Shown here in pieces: positions 50,820 through 60,739 of a stretch of DNA of 64,000 nucleotides. Both the position numbers and the translations under genes were made by a program. The notes under the pieces were generated by a model. It was not told the DNA's origin, made no database searches, and worked only from the letters and a program-made list of their open reading frames with translations. The stretch is from Coniocarpon cinnabarinum (taxonomy: Eukaryota), in assembly GCA_051942205.1 (NCBI GenBank), contig JAVECO010000114.1:1-64000 (forward strand). The letters are read 5' to 3'. The first letter of the stretch is position 1. The number at the start of each line of letters is the position of its first letter.

Positions 50820-51440
50820 TGTTGTGAGGATTAGGCGGATACTATTGATTGAGTACGGCTACTGCCTATTGCTATTGTTGCGACCCAGCCTCGCGCTCTA
50901 CCCAACTGAGACAAGGTGAGGCTGAGCCGCAGCCATCCATTGGACAACAGGCTGCAGGCATATGCCCGACCTTTCAATATGGCCTCAGTTGCGGGGAATA
51001 CTCTTTTGCATGTAGACCGGTTGTCGATATCGTTTGACTGAAGGCCACCCCTGGAATGGACTCCAGTCTGTCAACTCAAAACGAGTTCCAGTATAGTTTG
51101 AATCCAAGTTATCTGCTACTCAGTTATTCGCCTTGCTCTTGACCAAACAAGACCCTCGTTGCTGAACGCCCTTCAGTATCCACAGTCCCGAGGTATGGTC
51201 TACTCACTGACTCCCTGCCCTGCTTGTCAAGACAAGATGGCACTCTGAACGAGCCGATCAGCCCGTGCGTAACAGCTATATACCACGTGTAGGAGCCCTA
51301 CCTTTATATGCTACACTAGCTACTTGTGCTTTGCTAATAATAGCGTCTAGGCGGTATCGGCCTAGTTTAGAACCTGCTACTAATCTAGTAGACACCTAGT
51401 AGATCCCTATTAGGTAGCGACTGGAGAAGTACTTACAACA
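50820..51440 (+). mobile_element. Solo LTR, family A (~220 bp), split by a nested 399-bp insertion
   Basis: Starts TGTTGTGAG (50820) and ends CTTACAACA (51440). With 50876-51279 removed it aligns by eye end to end with the reverse complement of 58350-58568. Confidence 0.8.
50876..51274. mobile_element. Solo LTR, family B (399 bp), nested in the family A LTR
   Basis: Termini TGTTGCG...CGTAACA with a perfect 5-bp target-site duplication GCTAT at 50871-50875 and 51275-51279. Confidence 0.85.
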
Positions 51441-51616
51441 CTACTAACCTTGCTATCGACCACGTCTAGGAGCTCTACTTTTAAATGCTATAGTGGCTAT
51501 CTGTCCCTTGCTAGTAATGGTATCTAGGCCGTGTCAATCTAGTCTAGAGCCTGCTTCGAAACTAGCAGATACCTAGTAGGCTCCTATTGGTGGCGACTGG
51601 AGGAGTACCTGCAACA
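51441..51616 (+). mobile_element. Second, 5'-truncated family A LTR copy in tandem
   Basis: Diverged direct repeat of the preceding LTR (GACACCTAGTAGATCCCTATTAGGTAGCGACTGGAGAAGTACTTACAACA vs GATACCTAGTAGGCTCCTATTGGTGGCGACTGGAGGAGTACCTGCAACA). It lacks the first ~40 bp. Confidence 0.8.
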
Positions 51617-52331
51617 GGCTCAACATCAGACTATATAAACTGAGGTACAATTGAATGTACCCGGGCTCAGTCGCTCCAGTGCCCTTTCTGCAGCTCTCAA
51701 AGGTAGTCTGGATCTTCTGGCGTTCTGCTAGGGAGTCCGATGGATTAAGGCCTTGCCACGCTGGTTCGCTAACATCGCGTAGTTTAAGTAAGACCTTATG
51801 TACTGGGGGTCTCTATTATCGCGGCATTGTTAGTTGCACTGGGCCTGGAGCACGCGCCGCAGCCGCAGCGCTGACCCCGGCGTAAGAAGCAGATTTTAAT
51901 ACGGGAGTAATCGCGACAGCAGGCCCGCTTCTTGCATTTTGTCGAGTCCGCACAATTACGTCAACTGTTGCGCCTTCTTGCTCTGTAAATAGAGCCTTGA
52001 GCTCTTTCTTTCCTTTACTAAATAAAGTCGTTATATGCATCTCTCTCGATATAATCTTGTCCATTATCTTGTTAATCTGCTTAACAAGAGAGCTAAGCGT
52101 CGCTATTATACTCTTCTTGGCGATCTCTGTTGCTGTACAGTCGTCATTTTTCTGTTTCTTCGCTGAAGGTTTGCGGACCCTCTGGTTGCCTGTGACTTCT
52201 CAGAGGGTAGCCAGGCTCTCCTGCTCTTGCTGCTGTTCTTCTTGCATCATATTTATATCGACGGGTGGCCCTGCGCCCTCGTTAAAAATTGCGAAGGTGT
52301 TTCGGGACAGGTGACGCGTTGTTGGCGCCAT
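51617..52331 (-). pseudogene. RIP-damaged gag/ORF1-like fragment of a retroelement (probably the 5' end of a LINE), truncated by the LTR
   Basis: One frame runs from ATG 52331 (MAPTTRHLSRNTFAIF...) through a coiled-coil-like region to SASYAGVSAAA, a motif typical of fungal non-LTR ORF1. In-frame TGA (52200-52202) and TAA-TAG (51813-51818) are explicable as C-to-T changes. Confidence 0.55.
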
Positions 52332-52490
52332 CTTGTGTGCGGCTGGGCACCGAATTAAGGACAGGAGACCCGCAAACGAGCCCAGAGGCTGGCTGAGGAA
52401 TGGCGCGTACTTCTTGATACAATTCACGCGCTCTACTATTCAGATATCACTCGAAGCATTCATATGCCGTTGTTGTTGCGCTTACGCGCT

Positions 52491-52496
52491 TATATA
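52491..52496 (+). promoter_or_regulatory. Candidate TATA box for the EF1A-like gene
   Basis: TATATA lies about 95 bp upstream of a predicted 5'-UTR intron (52585-52657) and about 185 bp upstream of ATG 52678. Confidence 0.35.
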
Positions 52497-52677
52497 GAGT
52501 CTTAACCAGTCCCACGCGCTGACACTACAACACAGAGTGGTCGAAAATTTCGTAGCATTCAGATGACGTTGGCAATTCTTGGCAGTAAGTAGGAACGTCC
52601 ACAAGGCCACTGATAGCTTTAATGTCATGGTGCAAGGTCTTGCACTAACGTTCCAAGCGCAACTTTGATGCGTTATT

Positions 52678-53502
52678 ATGAGGTCAGTACTTTCATGCTC
52701 TCATAAATGTAGTTTCACTAATGTTTTCAACAGCTCCCTTAAGGTGCTTGTTGCAGGCGATGTTGGCTCAGGGAAGAAAACCCTCATTGGACGCATGTTG
52801 CACATGGTTTGTCCCTCTCCTCGTCTTCATGTGCAATAGCTGATGACCATATTAGCTAGGTGGCATTGATTTGCTGGTAGTGGGCGAGCTGGAAAAGCGC
52901 AAACTCGGCAAATATTGGCAAATTCCAGGTCATTTTCAACACACACACCGTGAAATGACGTGCTACACACCACGACACAAGCTTTGCATCTATCTTGACG
53001 ACTACCAAACAGATGTGCCACGGCTAGATGGTGAAGCAAGTGTTCTGCTATATGTGGCAGATGTCAGCCAGCAGCCGAAAAACATTGTTCAGCAGTCTCG
53101 ATTCAGACATATTGTCGTGATAATCAACAAAATGTAGGTACTCAAGCTGGTCCCTCTGGACAAAATCATTGCGTAAGCCACATTGAAGTGATTGAAAGCA
53201 GGGATACAGTCAACTGGTCAGTAGACGTCTTTAACCAGATTGTTGATTACTTCCAGACCCAGCTAGGAAGTGATCATGACAGGTATGCACATTCTGAGAA
53301 CTCGTGCACGAGCTGAGCACAGCCTAAACGGACCAGGGAAATTTATTTTGTACCAATATGCGCGTTAAATGGGGAATACATGGTTGAGCCATCACGGGAG
53401 TTCGTAGAGCTATGGCAGAGCCAAGCAGACGAAGCTGCTTCCAAGCCTGCTCCCATAACTCTACTTGCCGCGCTTGACAAGCAGCAGCCGCCTATCCAGT
53501 AA
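52678..53502 (+). CDS. Stand-alone, degenerate eEF1A/HBS1/eRF3-like G-domain protein (200 aa, 5 coding exons)
   Basis: Exons 52678-52682, 52734-52806, 52856-53133, 53202-53282 and 53337-53502 (603 nt, all GT-AG) give MSSLKVLVAGDVGSGKKTLIGRMLHMLGGID...HIVVIINKMDTVNWSVDVFNQIV...IYFVPICALNGEYMVEPS...TLLAALD. The P-loop, G4 NKMD, G5 and terminal helix are collinear with eEF1A domain I. Confidence 0.8.
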
Positions 53503-54011
53503 CGTCATGACGGTAGTCATGTACGAATTTTATCAATTCTTGTTCTGAATACCTGAATGTTTAGACGGTGATTTCACTAGTGTAGGGATTTGGACCGGTC
53601 CCCATAAAACATGTGATTATACGGGTTTACAATCCTAGCCGAACCGGCATTCAATCATGGAGATGCTTCAAGCGTGGGGAAGTACTCTTTCTCCACATGC
53701 TGTCTTCTGGCAGCTAAGCACCAGGATGCAGATACCATATCGAATTCAAACGTACTGTCGACCCTTGTAAATAATCGTACAAGATGTTACGCCCAAAGTG
53801 CACACAGCCGTCTTGCGAAAATGATTGGTTCGCGGCCACCTAGCGTACGATAGTCACCAACTTCTACAAGGGGAAATGCCTCGCAGCACGCATTTGGACG
53901 CTAGACATGCCCCTCCCTCCCCGCGTTTCCAACCATGGGTTTACATCCACGCCGCCTTAAAGTGCCTTTGGCTCTTGTGTGTATGAAGCTGTCGCGCCTA
54001 GCTTTGTCAAC

Positions 54012-57000
54012 ATGTTTGCCAGCCTCGCGACACGAGTAAAGTCTCCGTTTCGACGCAGAAGCGCCAATAGCCTCGTACATGCAAACAGCGTAAGTACTTT
54101 GCCAATACAGACTCCATCAAAGATGACATGGAGCTCAAGAGGCTGAGCAGGAACATGATGGCACCGCCGAAAACGTCAACAATATGTCCAAAGTCCCGCC
54201 GCAAGGTTTGCACATTCTGTATGAGCCCAGAAGCAGAGACGGCCTGGCGCCTCAAGCAGACATCATTGCTGTCCACGGACTAGGCGGTCACATGTACAAG
54301 TCATGGACACATGAGAACACGTCTTTCTGGCTAAAAGCCTGCTTGCCGGACGATGTTCCAAATTGCCGCATCTCCACGTTTGGATATGATTCACGTATTT
54401 TTGGTAGCCATTCCGTTTCTGGAATAGAAGAGTTTGCACGGCAACTACTAGATGCGACCGCACGAGAGGTCGGGGACGTACGTGTCCCTCCGTCTCACTG
54501 ATACGTGCAAGAGGTTTGCTTACACTGCCAGACCGGGAATCCGATCATCTTCATCTGCCACAGTCTTGGAGGCATCGTTGTGAAAGAGGTAAGCGTGGAA
54601 ACGCCGCTTACACTTGAGCTGATCAGATCGCCAGGCACTCGTAATTGCACACGCCGAGAAGCGTCGCTACGCGGAGCTGCTAGAGAGATTCAAAATGATA
54701 GTCTTCCTCGGGACGCCGCATAGAGGAAGCAGTATTGCAGACTTCGCCAGCGGGATCGCACACTTGAGTAACGCTGGTGCACGCGGTATCCTCTTTCCTG
54801 TGTGGGGACTCACGCGGCATGACTTGATTCAAGGCTTGAAATTTCACTCCGAGGAGCTCGAAAAACTCACTAGAAGCTTTGCTATCCCCGCCGAGCGCAT
54901 TTCCATTCTTGCTGGCTACGAGAATCAATCACATCCTTTACTAGACCGTCCGGTAACACAAAGTGCCCTCTTATCTCCGAGGTTTACTAACACAAGCTCA
55001 GATTGTTAGTAGAGACTCTGCGCTGCTAGGATATCCTCGTGAGACTGTCATTGCTCTTCGCGGTCATCATGGTACTATCTGCCGCTTTCCTAACCGCAAA
55101 GACCCAGACTATGGGGACATCGTTTACAATCTCAAGCGTGAAATGGCTTTCTTTTCTCGACCTTGGGAAACACCTTCGCCAAGTGATCAGTCATCTCTGC
55201 TTTGTATGCTGCCAGGAGGACAAACAAACTACTGACCCAGCTAACCATTGAAAGCGCTGACCCCCTCAGAGGCAGAATATGTGGACTGTATCGCCTCCGA
55301 GGACTGGGACTACAGGACACTCCTCGAGCCTTTACACGAGCGTTCGTGGTTTTGGGTGTTGCGTGAGCCCTGCTTCTCGGAATGGTACACAGGACAGTCT
55401 CACTTGCTCTGGATTACGGGTGATGCTGGAATGGGAAAGTCCACGTTGCTTGCCTTTCTTACAGAACATTTAAAGCGTGAACGACTGCGGCAAAGCTTGG
55501 AAGGTGGTCAAGCTGGGGTGGCAGTCTACAGCGTCTTTTGCGAAGCGCAAGGTCCCCAAAATTGTCGCGCGACGGACGTTTTGAGGACTCTCATGGTCCA
55601 GATGGCCCTCCGAGATCGCGGAGTCCTGCAGCGTCTTCGATCGATATTTAGCCAAAGGCGCCAGAAATCCAAGTATTCTCTGATCTCCGTATGGCAGGTA
55701 TTCGAAATCGCCCTTAGAGCTGTAAAAAGCTCAACGATCATCATTATCCTGGATGCTCTTGATGCGCTGGAACATCAGTCACGTCAAAAGTTGCTCGACC
55801 GACTGTGGACTCTTTCCTCGAGCGGAACTTACACGAAAGCTGTAAACAAATCGTTAAAGCTTGCAGTAAGCAGTCGACCAGCTCAGTCCAATATTTTCTG
55901 GACAATCGCCAACGTTGGCAACTTCGGCATTCGTCTGCAACTTGAAGCGATTCCACAAGGTCTAAAGCAAGACATTGCTTACTCGATCGCGGAAACCTTC
56001 AAACAACTCATGACAGCAGGCAGACTAGCGGCTGAAGACTCCAGCATGTTTCACAGTGTGATTGCCGCCCGCTCTAACGGTTCGTTCCTGTGGACCCGAT
56101 TGGTCTTGCATGAAATCGAAAGCAGTACGTTCAGTAGTCTTGGTCGAGTCCGACGTCTAATGAACAATCTGCCAAGCACGCTTCAAGACGTCTATTGCCG
56201 TTACCTTTCGAAAGCGGACCAAGAAGATGAAGCGCTTCTAAAAGATTTACTCCACATTCTCGTGGCAAGCTTTCGACCCTTGACTGTACGCGAAGCGTCC
56301 TTACTTCTTGTGTTCCGATCAAGGACGACGAACGCTGAACTTGCTGGTGCAGACATCCGCTCCATCGACGTAGAAGCCTTATTGGGTCCAGCCTTTGCAG
56401 TGCGTCGTAACGAGATTCACTTCGTGCACCCTTCCGTCCGAGGATACCTCTTAGCAATAGGGAAAGATCCAGAACATAAACTCTATAAGACGCATGGAGT
56501 AGACCTGGCATCTGCGCATGAGATTATGGCAAAAGCCTGCATTAATTATCTTTGCCGCGATGAGTTCGACCGCCCGTTTGAGGCTCTTGGAGGGGCAGTG
56601 CGAGAAACGCCCGACTCTGTTGACACGGAGTCGCTTGTTGATCCGCAACAAAGCCCTGATATAATCATAAATCTAAGCGAGATCCCATTCCTTCGGGACG
56701 AGGAGACTTTGATGGGCCAAGTCGTTGATGACCTGCAGCATAAATATTGCGCATATCAGTATGCAGCATTACACTGTGCATCGCACATGTCGACATTTCT
56801 CTGCATGGAGAGCTCAGCGGATCTCCCATATTCACTTCTACGTCACAGAGATAGACTATGCTTTGGGAATTGGCTTCGCGTATTCGCAGAGCTTCTATCA
56901 TTCCGGGCTCCTACTCCAGCAGAGATGGAGCGACCTCTCATTCTTGCAAGCTATCATGGCTGGCACAAGGTCGTACAAGACCTGATAAGTTCCGCCAGTT

Positions 57001-58130
57001 CCGAAACCAAAGCTGATGTGGAGGTCGCCCTGTTCTGGGCGCTTTCGAGAGCACACGAGCCAGTTGTTCATGCGTTAATGTACGCTCACGACCCCGCCAC
57101 GACAAAAAGGCGTCGGCCCCCGTACACCATCGCCGCAGCCCAAACTGGGGCCAAAAATATTGTCGAGGCCGTTCTTTCGAGCAATAGCATTTCTACGGAG
57201 GACCTCAATGCAAAAGACGAGTATGGAAGATCGGCACTGCATTGTGCCGCAGAGTTAAACCATTCGGAAATACTAACGATGTTGCTGGCAAACCCTTCGA
57301 TCAGGCCTGATACCTGTGACCGCTCACAAAAAATAGCACTTCACTATGCAGCTGAGTGCGGCTCTATAGACGCGGCGAAGGTGCTCGTGTCCCGTAGCGC
57401 GAGCTTTGCTCAGTACCGTGACGGACATGGTCGTACCCCACTAATGTACGCAGCAGAAAACGGATTTCTAGACATGGTGAAATTACTTAGTCCTTACGCG
57501 GTCTCCATAAATGACGAATGCGATTACATGGGCCGCAGCTGTCTTGCTCACGCAATGATTAGCCTCAACGCTGACATAGCTCAGTATCTTGTGGCAAAAG
57601 GGGCTACGCTGGGCTCGAAAGATGCAAGCGGACGAACTTGTTTCTCTAACGCGATCAACGCTACCTGTCCCGTCGATCAACAACACCGGAAGCTATTGCT
57701 TTGCTCCCTCGTCGCGACTTACGACACGATGGTTTTGGACGAACCCGATGACGATGAGTGGTCGCCATTGTTCTGGGCTCTGGACGCTCCCGGATACCCA
57801 GACATAGTGGAAGCCTTGGTCCGGCAACACGGTGTCGACATCAACCGCCGGGATCGCTCGGGTCGTACTCCACTTAGCTGGGCGGCTGCTGGAGGCTTTT
57901 TTTGCATCGTAGATTTGCTAATACAGCAACGCAGCATCGACGTCATGTCCGCCGATGTAGAAGGCAAGACTGCGTTATCGTATGCAGCGATCCACGGGCA
58001 AGAAGAAACTGCCAGAGCATTGGTACGCCGAGCGCCGCATCTGAGACATGCGAGGGACAGCGGTCAGCGGCGTCCAGCTGATTGGGCGAAGCTTAATGGG
58101 CACGAGGATTTTGCATCGTGGCTAAGTTGA
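54012..58130 (+). CDS. Fungal NLR: SesB-like (DUF676/PGAP1/SERAC1-type) alpha/beta hydrolase + NACHT + ankyrin repeats (~1285 aa, 6 exons)
   Basis: Introns at 54090-54150, 54478-54531, 54589-54634, 54953-55001 and 55204-55254 keep one frame (3858 nt). Hydrolase motifs DIIAVHGLGG, TFGYDS, FICHSLGG, FLGTPHRGS, HGTICRF; Walker A WITGDAGMGKS; Walker B IIIILDALD; GSFLWTRL; about 9 clear and 3 degenerate ankyrin repeats. Confidence 0.92.
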
Positions 58131-58349
58131 CGATGGCACGTTCGTTTGATTGTTAAAAGAGTGACTGATATTAAATGGGGTTAATCTGCTCCAGGGCTTC
58201 TGCATGTCGAGCTAGTGGAAGATCGTTTCTACAGTCAAGGGATTGACCAAAGCGACGATTGGTCCTACGCATTCCATGTAGACTTTAATGCTTTAGTTCC
58301 AAACAGTATCGTCGGCTTCGATTAGTTGTTGTAAGATTGTCATGTGGGC

Positions 58350-58568
58350 TGTTGTGAGTACTTCTCTAACGCCCGGTACCCAATAGGGGCCTAGCAGGTG
58401 GCTGGTAGGTCGCTAGCAGGTTCTAGACCAGGTCGACACGGTCTAGACGCTATTGGTAGCAGAGGACAGGTTACTAGTATGGGATATAAAGGTAGGGTTT
58501 CTGTTCACAGTTAGTAGTAAGGGCAGTAGTAGTACTCAATCGACAGTATGCGCTTGAACCTTACAACA
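58350..58568 (-). mobile_element. Solo LTR, family A (219 bp), inverted relative to the copies at 50.8-51.6 kb
   Basis: Termini TGTTGTGAG...CTTACAACA with a perfect 5-bp TSD TGGGC at 58345-58349 and 58569-58573. Its reverse complement matches 50820-51440 minus the nested insert. Confidence 0.88.
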
Positions 58569-59400
58569 TGGGCGTAAGTCATTCGCGTAGTGTCGTACTT
58601 CTCAGACGAGTGTCATGGATATGGTAGTATATGTTATGGGGATTGATCATATGCACACCAACAGCCTTCGCAAACACATAGTCCGTACATCGAATCAATG
58701 CCCACGCACGATCGAGCTCTACACAAAGTAGCCGCTAGAGTATTAAACTATATTAATATGTCAGCTATGCGCTCGGCTTACAATTTGTAAGGATTGGGTA
58801 TAGAACGGGGAGCGAACCAATACTAATTTAGTGTCTATTCGTGTTGAAAAGTAGAGGAGGAAACAAGGAAGGAAGGCACTAGGCCTATTTAGGCCTAGTC
58901 TAGAGCACCTAAATACCCTAAAAAGACTAATCTATAAAAAGAATTACTTAATTGCTTTATATAAAGTATATATAATAAAAAGAGAAAGATCTTTTAATAT
59001 ATTCTTTAAATCTTATTTTTTTTAACTATTAGAAAATTTTTAAATTTATTAAATTTAATAAATTATACTAGAATTATAATAGAAAGTTTAATATTTAATA
59101 AATTAAGTAAAAATTTACTTAAACTTATTTAATAGCTTAATAAATCTTATTAAGCTATTCTTTTAATTTATAATTATCAAAATAGTTCTAAAGTTAAAAT
59201 ACTAAAATAAAATAGTAATTTTATTTTAAATTAATAGAAAAATTATCTAAAAGATATTAAAGTTATATTTAAAAATTAAAAATAACTCTAATTTTTATTT
59301 AATAAATTTTTAAGTCTCTAATTAATTTATTTACTTTAAGTTTTATATAGATTATTTTAGTATACTATAAATAGTATATTAATAAAATTTATAGTCTAGT

Positions 59401-59596
59401 TGTAACGAGCACTAGTTGCTAGTTACAGCAATATAGGGGAAGATGGTAATTAATTTATATCTCTATTAACAAGAAAGAAGGCTATCTACTATATATAGGC
59501 GCCTACCTAGTTAGCAAGTGCTATATACCTAGTAGTGCCTAGGTAGGCGCTATATGCCTAGTAACTAGGCGTGCTATATGTCTAGTGCTTCTAATA
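59401..59596 (-). mobile_element. 3' LTR (~196 bp) of a minus-strand LTR retrotransposon whose RIP-destroyed internal region extends to the right
   Basis: Plus-strand TGTAACG at 59401 and CTAATA (RIP of CCAACA) at 59591-59596. It abuts ATTGCCCGCCTCTTT, which on the minus strand is a polypurine tract AAAGAGGCGGGCAAT directly before the LTR. Confidence 0.6.
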
Positions 59597-60739
59597 ATTG
59601 CCCGCCTCTTTAGAAAGAGGGCGACGTTCTTATTATTTAGTTAATAGGAATTTAGGCTAGTGTCTACCCTATATATAAAGAAGTGTCTATTTTAACTATA
59701 TAATTTAGTTATATATATACTTATTAGTTATTAGTTACTTTAGTTGCTATATATTATTTAATTATATTATTATCTTATATACTACCTAGTATTCTTTCTT
59801 TATTAGTTTTAGTCTAATATCCTTTTAGTTAGTTTCTTTCTTAATTTTTAGTTACTTAACTTTTAACCTTAGTGCCTCTAGTTTTTTTTTATCTTACTTA
59901 GTTGTTTCTTTAAATAGGTCCTTAATTTTACTATTAGATACTAGCTAATCCCTACTAATATTAAGTACTTCTAAGGCTTACTTATTTTATGCTATAGGGC
60001 TAGTAGACTTATTTAGGGATATAGTAGTTACTAGGTTTTTAACTAATTGCTTGCTAGATTATTGTATAGACGTAAGCTTGCCTAGTTGCTCTAAACTAGT
60101 AATAGTTATTCTTATCTATAGTACGCCTTTTATTAGCCTACTAATAAATTATTACTTCTTAGTATTAGTTACTAGTGTAGATTAGTTAGCATTAGGATTA
60201 GGCCTTATTATATTATAGATAAAGCTAGAGCTAGTATTAATGCCTATTAGACTAGAGCTTAATAGCTACTTCTTAATAGATAGTACTAGTATAGTAGACT
60301 AGAGAATATAGTTAAAGGTAGTAGTTAATCTATTATCTTTGTCTTCTATTTATATCTACTTAGCTACTAGTTAGGAAGGCTAACGTAGCTTACTTATTTT
60401 AGCTAATTTAGAGGTACTAGGTTTATTATAGATATATATAGTAGTTCTTAGTAGTAGTAAGAGAAAATAGGTAGTATTTATATATTATAGCGTATATTAG
60501 ATTATACTAAAATCTAGCTAAGAATACCTTAGAGCTATATACTAGTCTATGTTTAGGGCGTATAGTTAGTTAATAGGAGTAAAGGTATATATAATATTCT
60601 AGTTATAAGGCGCGTACTATAGTATATTTAGTAACTTTAAGATAGGTGGCTAAAACCTATACTTAATTAATAGTAGTACCTTTTATATAGTTACTATAAG
60701 GTCTTATTCTTATAAGAAATAGGTTATTTTTTATAAGAG

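Noticed and set aside
52678..53502. The organism's real tef1 or hbs1 gene
   Set aside because: It is far too divergent, lacks RGITI and DAPGH, and stops after the G domain with no downstream exons for domains II and III.
53337..54200. Amyloid signalling motif (HET-s, sigma or PP/RHIM-like) linking the small gene's C-terminus to the NLR N-terminus
   Set aside because: Neither end has G/N/Q-rich pseudo-repeats, and the NLR carries its own enzymatic effector domain.
50820..58568. Composite transposon or Starship carrying the NLR
   Set aside because: The right LTR has its own TSD, the outer flanks share none, and no tyrosine recombinase (captain) or transposase is visible.
58786..58920. Another LTR beginning TGTAAGGATTGGG
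   Set aside because: Plausible, but I could not find a matching right terminus or TSD.
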